Of a DNA stretch of 64,000 nucleotides, positions 50,673 to 64,000 are shown piece by piece. The notes under the pieces are model-generated. The model made no database searches and had not been told where the DNA came from. It saw only the letters and a program-made list of their open reading frames with translations. The stretch comes from Negaprion brevirostris. Its lineage: Eukaryota. Position 1 is the stretch's first letter; each line of letters opens with the position of its first letter. Where the stretch lies: NCBI GenBank assembly GCA_030324005.1, contig JARDVH010000150.1, positions 27,968,221-28,032,220 of the forward strand, written 5' to 3'. Made by a program: the position numbers and the translations under genes.

Positions 50673-52690
50673 AAGAAAAGGATTACATCACCATTTAAAA
50701 AAGATGATGCATATTTGTAAGGAAAGAGAAATACAATTAGAATAAACAACTCCAGTTAAACACCTGGCAACAGCATTTGTGTAACGCCTCCTGTTGTGTT
50801 TTAATTTGTTTGATTCTACGATCCCAAAAAATATAGCTGTCTTGTGTATCAAAACATTTGAGGACAAGGATTTAGATTTAACAAACATAATTCTGTCTGG
50901 TGCAAGGCTCAAGTGAATGCAGACATACTTTCCAAGCATCGGTCATACACCAATATATGCTGCACCACAGAAATGGCCACGTTTCAGCAAACAATAGAAA
51001 GCAGTAAAATTGTGGGGCATCACAGTTTAAGGATCCTAACCTGACTGTAGCATTTTGTGTAACTTATCTTCGATCAGAAAGAAATGTTCAAACACTGAAG
51101 GTAAGAAGTNNNNNNNNNNAGAAGTTCAATTACAGTAACCTCTTTGAAAAGCGGCACGCTTAAACAAGGGATTCTATCACATTTTTCTATTCTTCAACAC
51201 TGAATAATCTGGCTTGCAAGATAAACTAACACGCAGCTCCACCACATCTAACTTTTACTCTTCTAATATGAAGTTAATGATGATGATTGCTCTATCCAAA
51301 TCTTCTGAAGAATTAATAGCTTTGAGGGAAAGACAAGCTAAAAATACACATAAAACACCAGGAGAACATTACTACTGACAGAAGCTATTTGGAAAGTTGT
51401 ATAACAAGTGAAGATTCTCTATTCGAAAATAATAGTTCCATGTCAGAGACTATCTTTCTGGAAAAGAGAATACAAGCTTTGCGTATAAAGTATGCCTGAT
51501 GGCAAGATGGGATAAACACCAGCTCTGATAGCTAGAGGTACTCCAGATACAATGTACAGGGCATAAAAGTCAGCTGCAGCCATGCTGTAACAAAAGATTC
51601 AGTACCAAGGTTCAGAAACCAACTTCACCTCCAAAACCATACCAAAGATACAATGATTTGTAATAACCGAATAGAATATTGGTTCAGGAAATTCTAAGCT
51701 TCTCACAAAAGAACAAAATAAATAGTAAACTGGGCTTTATTTATGAATATACCAAACGCATAGAAAAAATTGCAAGATACACAAAGCAAGCTTGTGGAAC
51801 GAAGTGCAACCTTCTCTCATTTGGCAAGCATCCCATCCATTTTATGGAGTGGAGAAAAGATTTTTCAATCACAATGAAAAGGCCTATTATTAAATACGCA
51901 CAGGGTAGGGTAGTAGTAGTAGTCATGTTCTCCTGGTGTTGGGTGCATTTTTAGCTTGCCTTTCCCGCAAAGCTACTAATTCCTCAGAAGGTTAGGACAG
52001 AGCAATCATTATTAACTTCATACTGGAAGAGTAAATCAGGTCTTCTGAATCAAAACGTCTACAAGTGCATATATACACAATGGGGGAGGGGGAGGTTGAA
52101 AAAAGTATGAGCAAATAACAGTCAGTCATTGGTCACAAAATGAGCATTTCCAACATGCAGCTGAAATTCGGGGTTGAAAAATACTAATTCTGTAATTCCA
52201 CTTTATGCTCAAGATGCCACAGCACTGTAGATATCCTATACTAATGTGCTCTATGTTTATTTTCATGAAATGTTTCAATAAATATTGGAAGATGAGTTTT
52301 TAAGTGAATAAATATAAATTACCAATTTACCAATAAATATAAGTGTAAAAGTAGAACAAATCATACTTCCAACTTCTAAGCATGTAAATATTTCTCTCTT
52401 ACTCCACAAACTGCCTTTTTTGCTTAGTTACCTTCTACTTCCTCCCACTTGAGCAAGGAATTAATTTTGCAGTGCTACCAAAAGAATCAAATATGTAGCT
52501 CTGCTGAAGTGACTGGCCAAAGGATAAACTATAGTGCATAGACTCAAGGCCTGCACATTTCAGGTTGCTAGTAGCCATGCTAAGAATGCACTTGTTTAGC
52601 CAATGCAGAATCCCAACTATTGAGCTAACAGTCAGAGAGAAAAAGAAAACAATGCTTCTTCATTTGTTCATGCTTGGAAAAAGAACATAC

Positions 52691-52780
52691 CTGGCTGTGA
52701 AGGTGGGAACACCTGTGTGAAAGACGAAGATCTCTCTCTTTTAACAGGTGGAGGATAGTTACCATCATCTTTGTCAGAAT
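52691..52780 (-). CDS. RANBP3: RANBP3 coding exon with NLS, DSDKDDGNYPPPVKRERSSSFTQVFPPSQP
   Basis: tttcttcag acceptor and gtatgt donor; 90 nt. Matches human DSDREDGNYCPPVKRERTSSLTQFPPSQ (NLS and RSK/Akt phosphosite). Confidence 0.95.
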
Positions 52781-53843
52781 CTGAAGAAATAAATTAATTA
52801 CATGGAGAAGAATAACTTTACGTTTAAAATGTAGCCATTGAATTTGAAATACTAATTTCCTAATTTATTTTTAAACAGCTGCAATTACTCTGACTTGCAG
52901 CCAAAAATTTACATGCAAGTTATAAATGCCCTTTAATTGAGTTCAAAAATTTATAAGAACCACAATTTTCTAGGTTTACCTTTGTGGACAACTTGCCAAA
53001 GAATTATTTAACAATGCATTAGAAAAACAAGCTAAGTTTAATATAGCTCCATTTTAGGAACTAAATACCTGTGAACAAGAGGATGCGCTAATGGCCCATA
53101 ACTTCTGCAGAGTGTCAAGTTCCATCAGACTGCCACGCTTGACAGACACACCGGGATTCCGAAGCCCCTGTCTTGCCCAACCTTCCTCACTCAGGCTGGG
53201 TTAGATAGGAGTAGTGCAGTGTGCCCCGACAGCATCAGTATGGAGTAACAGGGATGCAGACTGAGAAGGAACGCCCTTTTTTTACGGCAGTAGCTCTGCC
53301 TCCAGAGCCAGAGGGGAAAGTGGGAGCCGGAAGGAGGACAGGGTGTAGTCGGAGCTAGAGGAAGGGGTTGGGCTGGCCTGCGAAGAGGAATCAGAGCAGG
53401 GCGGGGAAGCGTCAGATAGGGAGGTGGTGGGGGTTGGGGGTTCCACAGCTGGAAGGAGGGTCGACAGGGTTGGAGCTGGAGTGGGATGGCTGTGGTGGTC
53501 CCTTGGTGGGGAGGGGGACTGTATGTTTATGGGTTGTCCCCTGTATGGCTGGGTCTGGGGTCACTCTGGAAGCGTTTTCTTGCGTTTCTAAGAGTAACTA
53601 TGAGGATAAAACTGGCTGAACCATTCAAAGTTAAAAGTTTTAAATTGCTGCTGTCAGATGGTTCCAACAACACAATTGTCCAGAGAAGTCAACATTTCTG
53701 GTCAATTGCCAGGTAAAGCCTTAGGTGGGAACTTTCAAGAGTGATTTCTCAGTGCATCATTGGGGTACCAGGGAGTTTATGGACCAGTATTTTTAAACAG
53801 GCACATAATAGAACATTAGAACCAATCAAATGAACATGCTTAC

Positions 53844-53880
53844 CTTCTGCATCTTCAGGACTGGAGGTATCTACTGGCCT
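53844..53880 (-). CDS. RANBP3: RANBP3 coding exon (first in window), RPVDTSSPEDAE
   Basis: tatattttag|AGG...GAAG|gtaagc; 37 nt, phase 0 to 1. Resembles human RSAGGSSPEGGE and is in frame with the next exon. Confidence 0.85.
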
Positions 53881-54517
53881 CTAAAATATAAAAAAAGCCC
53901 ATTATTCTCAAATTTTCCTAGTTCTACTGATCACACTTAAAAGCAAACTTTTCCCTGCCACCTACCAACATGAGACAGCAGTGTCATAACTGAAAACAAG
54001 AAGAACAATAATTTAAAAGACTAATTATGAAAGCCAAAGATCTAGTAGTCAAGCAATCGTTCATTTGGGGCTACATTTAAAAGTTACTGCAGCTGCGCAG
54101 TATTTTTAAAAAACGAAATGCTGTAATAAATGTAATAAAAGATCCAAATCATATTGCAAGGCATCTGGTTTGGATCTAAGTTTGGATCAAGTTTAGTCTG
54201 AATCAAGTTTAGTTCCTTTTGCTCAATCTTTTGCATATTCAGTGGAGTTACCCGGATTTCAGTAAGACTAACTGTGGCAACATTTTTGTACTGATAAAAA
54301 CTTTGCACAGATTTTGACCCACCATGTGATCTGTTTCTACACAGAACATTTTCAGTTCTGCAATGTCAAGTGTGAACACTTGATGCAATAAATTACACTA
54401 CATTTCAGAGTTTCGGACAGCCAGTGATATTCAAGGATAAACACAGCAAATGGATCAATCATCAAAAAATAAGACACAAAGCTGGTAATTCCAAATGTTC
54501 TGGCAGCATCCACAAAT

Positions 54518-55366
54518 GTTAATCGTCCTAGCTCTAGTGAAACAAAGACTTAAGCTCACAAGTTTCTCTTTATAACCATAAAACATCAACCATCAATGAA
54601 ACAATGCTGCATTTTTCATTACCTTCCTAGAATTTTTATAAAAATATGCTCAAAACTATTTAAAATATTCCAAATTTAGCATAATGTCTACAACTTCAAT
54701 ATTATTTACTTGTTTTTTTATTCAATGTCACATTGACAAAATGGTTGTCAGCATTAGATGACATAATACATGGACATCTAAAAAGTACTGGCATTATTGA
54801 AACAGTCAGCAAAGTTTCAAACACAGCACATCGCACCATGCAAACTTCCTGGAGTTCTTTTTCAAATGAACAAAGCCAGCTAAAAGGCAGAGCTCTTTCC
54901 TTGAAACTAGTACGTAAAATTCAAACTGACGGAGCAGTTGACAAGTTAACTACTAAATGGACTGAGAATGTGCAATGCCACAGTGCCTGGGCTAGCTATT
55001 AAGGCAAAACTCTACAATCAGTTAAATGCTGTGTATGGAAGAGCGAGCTGGAGAGATCAAATGACAGCCCTCATCTGTAATTACGTTTGTGACCAGTATG
55101 CAGAGGGTGGTGATGAAGTAATCATAAAATGTTACATGACAGAAGCAGGCAGTTAATCATCCTAGCTCTAATGGAATGAAGATTTAACCTCAAGTTTATA
55201 ACCATAAACTGTCAACCATCATAATATACCAGTGAAACAATGCTGCATTTTTCATTACCTTCCTACAATTTTTATAAAGCTCAACACTATTTAAAATATT
55301 CCAAATATATTACAATATAATATTCTACAACTTCAATATTATTTGCTTTTTTATTCAACGTCGCAA
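54518..55366 (+). repeat. Diverged direct repeat of about 215 bp (54518-54732 and 55152-55366)
   Basis: Shared blocks, e.g. tgaaacaatgctgcatttttcattaccttccta and ctatttaaaatattccaaat. Confidence 0.85.
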
Positions 55367-55439
55367 TAGAAACAAGAATTTTACTTGCTTCTTCTTGGTC
55401 ATATCTATTTATGGTACTGCCTCTAGTGATCTGTGCATG

Positions 55440-55685
55440 TGGGCATCATGGTGGCAAGCATAGATGCTTCATAGCACCAGGGGCCCGGGTTCAATTCCAG
55501 ACCTATGTGGAGTTTGCACATTCTCCCCTTGTCTGCATGGGTTTCCTCTGGGTGCTCCGGTTCCCTCCCACAGTTCAAAGATGTGCAGGTGAGGTGAATT
55601 GGCCATGCTAAATCGCCCCTTAGTGACCAAAGATTTGTAGGTTAGAGGGATTAGCCATGGTAAATGCACAAGGTTATGGGGAGGT
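55440..55685 (+). mobile_element. HE1/V-SINE-type SINE
   Basis: cccgggttcaattcc B box, then tgtggagtttgcacattctccc...ggccatgctaaat. Confidence 0.85.
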
Positions 55686-57419
55686 TTGACAGCATTTTAA
55701 ATTTGATAGCATTTGATAATTCTGACCAACAGGTTATCAAAACACAACATTTATCCCTTCAAGTCCGCACCAGTGCTTTTTCAAGAAGTACCCAGTTTAA
55801 ATGCACTCTTTCTTGTTCCTCCATCTCTCAATTATAGTTTTTCAAGAAACTTTTGGAAGAGTTTATGAACTTGGCTTCAATAAAGATTTGTGGCAGACAA
55901 TTCCCACTTTTAATAAAATCGCTTGGTCAAATAACTACTTCCAATCTCTCTTTTAATTCTAAAATTTGTGCTCTTCATTTACTATCTCACTAATCAACGG
56001 ACTGAAGCAAACTGCCAGCACACACACACATGCCGAGTGACCCTCTGTGCTCGAAACATCGAAGGTCTGTATCATGATCCTGACAAGTTTTGTTTTTTTT
56101 ACATGAACCATAATTGTCTGAAAAACTTACCCAAAAGCCTCAGGATCCAAGCACAGTTAAAGTCTTTTTCTGGGAATTATGAAATATGTGACTCCAAGTT
56201 TAACATCTCCTACTTGGGTGAATCTTTGCAACAGAAACCAATAATTTATTGAACTCCGTAAATAATACCAATATTGTTCCAGAATCCAGTAAATTACCAT
56301 CAAATTAACTTATGATGCTTTGGCGGTGATCTGATATACTGGGAATGACAACCTCCTCAGACTCAATCTATAAATCCAAGAACTGAAGTACTTCATCACA
56401 ATATTCACAGGACAAGTTGATAATGCAGTTAAGAAATTGTATTGAAATAATTGCTTTGTAAATGTGGGTATTGAAAAAAAAACAAGGAAATCATTTGAGA
56501 CCTTCACAGATCACTGGTCAGGTCTCAATGGAATATTGTACACAACACCAGGCATCACATTTTAGGCAGGAAATTAAAGACTCGGAAAGGATATAAGGGA
56601 GGTTTATCAGGAATGAAAAACTTTAGTTATGTGGAGAGAATGGAATGCACCAACCTGTACCTAAAACAGTGGTAGGAACAGATTCCATAGGAACTTTCAA
56701 AAAGCATTTGTATTAACATGTAATTGTACAGGACTAATATACTGATTATGGGGTATGCCTCCATCTATGTTGTAAAATATATCTGGAGTCATTGCTGAGA
56801 ATTATTGTACAAAATGCAGCCACAAGCATTATCTATCTTGGGAACAGATTGCAAGATTAATTTGGATGAAGAGAGTGAATGAAGATTACCTTAAGCTCAC
56901 CCATCTATAAACATTTATAGTCCCTTATGCACAGTTTTCTAAATGATTCCGAGTATCTTGCAGGCAAGTTTAATCTAACTGTACTTGCATCTAAAAGTAC
57001 TTACTCTCCACGTGAGGAACTTTTTGACAAATTGTAAGCTTGTCTTTCACTAGTTTGAACCCATGCAAGAGGTCTCTTGACCTCCAGTTACGACTTATCT
57101 TGAAGTAAAATTCTCTCCCAATAACTTACATATACCAACCCAGACACCTTTTTTATGTAACCCACAGGCAGCTATAAGAAATCCCATAAATGTTGCTCAT
57201 TACAGACTTGGAAATATGGAGGAAGGGCGTCAGTAGCAAGAACAGGTTATGAATGACTCGCAACCAATTATTTTGGTAAGTTTTAAACTTTTCCCCAGGA
57301 ATCTGTCCTTTATCAGCTATCACTCTTTTCTCCACAATCCCCTGCTAACTCCTCCCTCTTATAACAGTAATTTAGCTTGTCTGCTCCCTGGCCTTTTCTT
57401 TGCATCCCTGCAATTCTTT

Positions 57420-58250
57420 TCCCTCCAAGGTGTCTTTTGTAAGGATATTTGTAAACCATGACTGAATCTGCCTCCATTACNNNNNNNNNNNNNNNNNNNN
57501 NNNNNNNNNNNNNNNNNNNNNNNNNNNNNNNNNNNNNNNNNNNNNNNNNNNNNNNNNNNNNNNNNNNNNNNNNNNNNNNNNNNNNNNNNNNNNNNNNNNN
57601 NNNNNNNNNNNNNNNNNNNNNNNNNNNNNNNNNNNNNNNNNNNNNNNNNNNNNNNNNNNNNNNNNNNNNNNNNNNNNNNNNNNNNNNNNNNNNNNNNNNN
57701 NNNNNNNNNNNNNNNNNNNNNNNNNNNNNNNNNNNNNNNNNNNNNNNNNNNNNNNNNNNNNNNNNNNNNNNNNNNNNNNGCCTCCATTACCTTTTCCGAA
57801 AGCGCATTCCAGATCGTAACTACCCACAGCATTAAAAAAGTTCTTTCGCACATGACTATTTTTGCAAACCATTTTAAATCGGTGTCTCGATCTTTCTGCC
57901 TGTGGGAATAGCTTCTGTCCATCTACGCTGTTGAGATCCCTCATGATCTGCAGTACCTTTACCAAATGCCCTCTTGAAAACTCCAATCTTCTTCAATCTA
58001 CCTCTGGACCCATGATTTTCTGCATCTGCTCTAAAGTTTTCATATTCTTCCTGAAATACAGTGCCAAGAATTGGTTATGATACCCCTGCTGAGGTCAAAC
58101 TAGTGTTTTATAAAGGTTCTTTATTTCTTCTTTATTTTGTACCGTATACCGAAACTCAGATTCCCTTATGACTTTTTCACCACTTTGTTAACCTGCCTTG
58201 CCATCTTCAACTATTTGTGCATTTATATCCCCCGGGTATATCTGCTCCTG
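57420..58250 (-). mobile_element. CR1 LINE 3' fragment interrupted by a gap
   Basis: Minus strand RGHLVKVLQIMRDLNSVD..LFP.., IWNAL motifs. Confidence 0.7.
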
Positions 58251-61200
58251 TAATGTACTGGACAACATCACTCCAGTAGTGCCCAATGTAATTACACCAT
58301 CAAAGCAGTTCTTTTCCCAAGGCAATTAATTAATGCTGCCTGCTTGAAGTAGATTATGAAATGTTTGAAATGTAAAAGCCAATGCATAATTTTAAAAAGT
58401 GGGGAAGGACTATCACCGCCTGGTTATGAACTCTTACAGCAAAAGAATTTCACCCCTTCAAACCTGTATGCAAAGGTGAGGCAAATATGTGCCTCCTGAT
58501 AGTAAACTTGTAGATACCAAATAATTTCAAGTTCTAAAATTATATTTTCACAGATAAAGATGAACTCACAGATGCATTAACTGTTGATACCATTTATATT
58601 TTAGGAAGTAAACTTATTGTCTTCTAAAATAAATCTTGTTACTTATAACATTGATGAAATTTTCAAGGATAAATTACGTTGCCTACTACAAACTTAAAGA
58701 AAAGCAAATGCCAAGAATGCTCACATCATCCTACCATTGAGAGAGTTACAAATCTGAGTGGCTAATAACTGTGGGTCAGATTTTGAAGAAAGAATGACAG
58801 CACTGGGATGCTGCATACTGTTATTAAACTGCAAATCAGCCTGCAACTTGTGGACAGCGAACTAACTCTTGAATTGCAAATCACTACAACGAGCTGGCTG
58901 ACAGCATTGCTCCATTATTGTGAAAAGCTAAGTCTAGCAATTAATAATGTAAGTGCCAGTTTAAAGATGTCATAATTGTAATGACTGCTTGCTCAGAAAA
59001 TAAGCAAAAGTATGAATTTCATTCTTTCAAGTTTTGAATTGTTGCTGGAAATTTTCAAAATGTAAAAATTGCCTTTTTTTTGCTTTTAGTAAAATGTCTT
59101 ATAATCCAACGTATCCCCCTCTTTTAAATTATCTTTCTGTTCATATTTTGATCTTGATTCACCAACTCTAATTCACTTTCCTTCTCAGTCTTTCCTCTGC
59201 TTATTTCTCAATCCTTTCATCTGCTTAAGATAGGCTGTTTATCCCCTCATTCTCCAAAATCCCAAATACCCTGCTGCCCCGTTATCAGCAAGCACTAGCA
59301 GCAACTTCATGGGTGTTTTTTTCGAAAGGTGGAAAAGGTTAACTAACACAACACAATATGCCACATTTAAATAAAAACTGGGATTTTTTTTAGTGCCCAA
59401 TTAACCTCAAGTTATTCTGATCCAAATTGCCAGTACCTCCCCCGAGCTTGTCCAATCCCTGAACAAGTTCCACGGTAATTTAGTGATTTGCAAAATGCCA
59501 CCAATTTCTGTAAATTTCTAATCTATTTCACTGGAGTATGTTCGTTTCATGAGGAACCAATCCTGATCTCCTTTAGATTGCACTCCTGTATCGTTAAGCC
59601 AAATTCTCTCGCATTTCTGGATTCAACTACCCCAACATTCTCTCATCTCAAACATGGTGTCTTAGAAAAGTTCCTTGTATTTATTGTTACCTTGTTTGAC
59701 GGCGGTGTAGGCGAGGTCATTGGTTCAAGTTTTTCCTATAAACACAACAGTTATGATAAACATTTTTAAAATTCTAAATATAAAAATCAAAATTCAATAC
59801 AATACTTTAAATATAATTTAACTTAATACAGTACAATATAAAACAGAAGTACAAATTAACAAGTCAGACACTGGATAATATTTTAAACTTTTTCTCAACA
59901 AATTCCTACTTTGTGCTCTTTCAGTGAGGCACGGCACATCTTTTGATAACTCATTCAAATAGTTGTAAATCTCAAGAGCGAGCTTTGCAAGTTCATTAAA
60001 CTTCTTGTAGACTGGGAGATGGCAAATGAGAAACAAGATAGCCAGAACTCACCCTGTTTTCATCTGATATCTTGGTACAGTTCCAGGAGATGACTGGATA
60101 TCAAACAGGGTCCAAAATCACTGCCAATTCTCTTCTTAATTCAGATGTGACAGCCAATAATAATGCTCCGACCTCATTCCAACTGAAATCGGCTACTAAT
60201 CACAGACTAGAGGTCAAGCCTGGGATCTTACTGGTCTGTATAGATGACCTATTCACTACGTAAACCTGACAAACCATTTGGGAGAGTACATTTTAACACT
60301 TAAAGCAAACATGAAGCAAAGACAAATAATAGGTAGAGGGGATACAGGGAATAGAGAAACAGAGGTTTATTTTCACTGAGACCCCAAGGTGAAGCGACAA
60401 GCCCATAATGAACAACACCAATATAGAAGGGCAAACAATAGCAAAGTAAATCAGTGAGTACAGTACACTGGCTTAAAAATCAGAGAAAGAAAAATGATCT
60501 TTATATCAAGTTCTTCAAAATGTTCCCTTACTGAATCACTAACATTTAAGGAAGGGTCACAACATATTGAAGGATACCAACAGCGTTGTAAAGGATAGGT
60601 TAAAATACAAAATAAGTCCAGAAGTAGTGGTTAGCTGACATCCAGCTTAGTTGCACTTGCAAACAAAATGTGGAAAACTGTTTTTGAATGGCTAAAAAAA
60701 AATTCCACAATCCAAGTAATCAACAAGGGGAAGATCAAGATTTGATCTGGTTGGATCAACCAATAGACCACTAAGCTAGTTATACACTAAGGCTGCTTAA
60801 ATTTGAATCACAGAAGTGAGGGGGTAAAGATAGGGGCTGTACCAGGAGAACAATAAAGATGGGAGACAATTGGTCCTACTGGGAACAAGAATATTGAAGG
60901 GCAAAAGAGTAGTTAAGCAAAGCAACAAGCAGAGAGCTAAAATTGAGGGATCTGGGAATTTTGACAAATAGGTGACTTGAGGGAGAGGTTTTGCATAGAT
61001 AATTGCATTGGGATTAAAGGAGAGTAGTAAGATGTGGGTGGTGAGGGAGAAGAGAATGTGGTTAAAAGTTATTTTGTCAATGATTGAGACTATAGATGCA
61101 AAGGGCGTCAGAAAGAACAAAGTTATTGAGATTGTGGAACGTAGGGAGGTTTACTGAAGAGGAAAATGAAAAGAAAGCACTGAATTTGGAGAAGAGGAGC

Positions 61201-62149
61201 AAAGGGGGTTGAGATCAGAGACTGTAGTCACCAAGGATGAGGAGAGGCTTGGTACAAGAACAAAGGAAAGAGAGATGATCTCAGTGAGGGCATCATTGTG
61301 GGTCTTGGAGGTGTAGATTATGATGTTTTCAAATGAATGGCAAGAATAAAGGAGAAGGCATCGTCAAAAGGGAACCTACCATTCATGTAAAGAGAACAGC
61401 TTTGGTATGACAGCTGTGTCACTATAATGGAAAATTAGATAGGGCAGTGAAAATATCAGCACAGATGGACTTAAAAATGCACTGGTCATATCATAAGCAC
61501 TCCCTGTGGTAATATTTCATGCTCCAACAACCCTCTCCTGCTAAAAAAAATTACTCCTAAACTCCTTCCTCATTCTCAGCAAGAATTTTTAATGGATCAG
61601 CGCTTGTCACTGATTTTCCGACTGGAAGGAACAGTCCTTACCTGTTAACTTCATGAATTTTAAAGCCTCTATTAAACCTTCATTTGGTTTTGTCTGCTCC
61701 GGTGGAAATCATCCTACTATCACAGGTCTCATCTCAGGCTAGTTTCTAATGTCATCCTAGTAAATCCAAACCGTAATTATTTGAAATCCCAGGTGGTTCT
61801 GTAGTGCCTGTCCATTAAGCACCTACTTGCCTTTTCTCCTAAAATGTATTATCTCACTCATATCTACATTAAATTTCATTTGTCAGCTATACCCATGCTT
61901 TCCAACTTATGAATTACTGGTACCTTTCTACCTCATTTTTTGGTAAACATTTTACTTTTGTAATTTTAACTGTGTTTCTTATATCTGATATATTTTTATT
62001 TATTAAATACATACACATGCATAAAGTCATCTGAAAGTTCATCTAGCAGACTACTGAAGAATACCATTTCCAAGCTTTCCCAAAACTAAGCAACATCCAT
62101 TCCTTGTTTCCTGTTCACCAACCAACTGGATTTCAATGTTGCTACATTT

Positions 62150-62482
62150 GTGAGGCACCTGGCACTGTGAAGCAGCAGTGTCAAGAATCTGGGTTCAATC
62201 CCAGCCTTAGGTGATCATCTGTGTAGAGTCTACACATTCTCCTCACGTCTGCAGGGGTTTACTCCAGGTGATCCAGTTTCCTCCGATAATCCAAAGATGT
62301 GTAGATTAGTTGGACTGGCCATGTTAAATTGCCCCTTAGTGTCTAAAGATGTGTAGGTCTTAGATGGATTAGTCATGGCAAATGCATGAGGTTATGGGGA
62401 TTGGGCAAAAGGGGAAGGCCTGATTCAGATACTCTTTTGGAGTCAAATGGCCTCTTTCTTCTACTGTAGGAATTCTACGATT
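62150..62482 (+). mobile_element. HE1-type SINE with CR1-derived tail
   Basis: gggttcaatccc B box, V-SINE-like centre, ...ctgtaggaattctacgattc tail. Confidence 0.82.
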
Positions 62483-64000
62483 CCCTCTTGTATCATACAC
62501 CTGATGTCGCAAAGCACTTCAAAGTAATTAATGGGTTGTAAGTGGTTTGTAAGAAATTTTACAGAAATAATATTGGGTCAGATTTTGCTGCAGATGAAGA
62601 GTGCTCACTATTATTGTTGACCAAACCAGACAGCAACTTCAGTACACATACACAGTTAAATCTGGAAATTGTCATCCTAGATGCACTGTTTTCTTTAAGC
62701 CGTGCAAAAACTGCATCTCGTCATCTTGATTCCCATTCAAACATATTGAATGACATGAAGTTTCTGTCTTGACATCGTAGATACTGATTAAATTTATTAC
62801 AACAGTTAGGCCTGTCCATTCCAGTTTAAGTACCCTTCTCAGACTGTAAGTCTTAATTACTGCCAAACACCGAAAATTAACTTTTACAAAGCGGGAACTC
62901 ATGGAGATGTTTAAAAGTAAATAATTAAATTCTGGCTCCTATATATCTCTTTCAGTCAATCTTTTCTTCCTGTGATTTAGTTTACTTTCTGTACTGGATA
63001 TGGCATTGAATTTAGCACTCATAGCACATACTCCCCGGTTCAAATTCTGTGCTGCCTATTAACAAATCTATAAACTGTATGGTTTACAAGATACACTGTT
63101 ATTTGCCCAATTCACAAGACCTCAGATGCTTTGTCGAGAGCACTGGACTGTTCGGTTGATAACAACTTGCTATGCAAGAATCCTAAAGGCAAGTGTAAGC
63201 CTAATGAACACCATAGCCTTTCGTTCCATTGATACTCATCATTAATGCTGATCACAAAATCAGCAGACCTCCACATACAAAATAAACATTTATACTACAT
63301 GTTTCCAAGTTCACTTAACCACAAATGCAGTGTTTTGGAGGAATGCCATGCTAGACTAGTCAGGTTTGACAACAGGAATAGAAATTGATATTCTGATAGA
63401 TACGAGAAGCTCCTGGAATTTACTTCCTGCTGCTGAGCCATGTGGTGTCATTGTATAGAGAATATATATATAATGTGTGTGTTTATGTATATATATTTAC
63501 GACAATCGGTATGGTTTCACGGTTATTATTGGACTTTAAATCCAGCTTTTTCTTACTGAATTCAAATGCCACCATCTGCCATTATGAGATTCTAATCAGA
63601 AACCCCAGAGATCTCTGATATTACAACTACACCACTGACTCTCTAAGCATACTTGTATGGGGATGGATTTAGCAGACAAAGCGGAGCAAAATAATGAACT
63701 TACGCTGCAGCCATCGTATCTATTGCATAGAAAGACATGGTCATTTAGGGGAGGGGAGCAGATCCAATGACTGATGCACCATAAAGAAAGCAGCACTAAG
63801 TCAATGGAGTGGAAATGCCAATCCAAGCAGGAGTTTTGTTACCTTGTTCCAAACAACATGACTGAATTTCCTTTCTTCCCTATTACTCCTAATCTAGTGT
63901 AGAGCATCTCTTGCATAAATGCTGCCCTTCCTGCGAGAGTGAGAAAAACAGGGAGCGAGAGAAAGAGAGAGCAGCGTGGAGAATATTAGACATATGGTGA

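Noticed and set aside
52980-52991. Possible 12-nt microexon (ggcaag TTGTCCACAAAG gtaaac)
   Set aside because: The AAG acceptor and poor pyrimidine tract are weak enough to arise by chance.
53090-53760. GC-rich block as a CpG-island promoter
   Set aside because: It is G-rich but has few CpGs and looks like a decayed interspersed repeat; I could not support a family call.
2585-53880. Assignment to the paralog RANBP3L
   Set aside because: GFRLKPPTLIHGQAPSAGLPSQK, ATNYFLQYI and AAAYTKATA match RANBP3, not RANBP3L as I recall it.
1-64000. Most ORFs in the supplied six-frame track
   Set aside because: They are short, fall in introns, repeats or N-gaps, and lack recognisable domains. Only parts of a few overlap true RANBP3 exons or LINE remnants.
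1-64000. CRISPR arrays, prokaryotic operons, rRNA genes
   Set aside because: The sequence is eukaryotic intron/exon DNA with no repeat-spacer arrays or rRNA signatures.

Overview
Vertebrate (cartilaginous fish, shark-like) genomic DNA from a draft assembly with ten N-gaps. It is mostly intron. The window holds 12 internal coding exons of RANBP3 (Ran-binding protein 3) on the minus strand, from 53880 down to 2585. Joined at GT-AG sites they give 1219 nt in one open frame (about 406 codons), covering the NLS, the FxFG CRM1-binding region and the first part of the Ran-binding domain. I found neither the first exons nor the last exons, so they probably lie outside the window. Introns contain HE1/V-SINE-type and other tRNA-derived SINEs, a Deu-domain SINE, CR1, RTE and L2 LINE fragments, a probable LTR remnant, and many Penelope-like terminal fragments with decayed minimal hammerhead ribozyme cores. 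Almost all ORFs in the supplied track are spurious. I see no new multi-gene system. The most interesting leads are several unannotated-looking cassette, poison and micro-exon candidates in RANBP3, and the hammerhead-bearing palindromic elements. Protein and repeat-family comparisons are from memory, not database searches.
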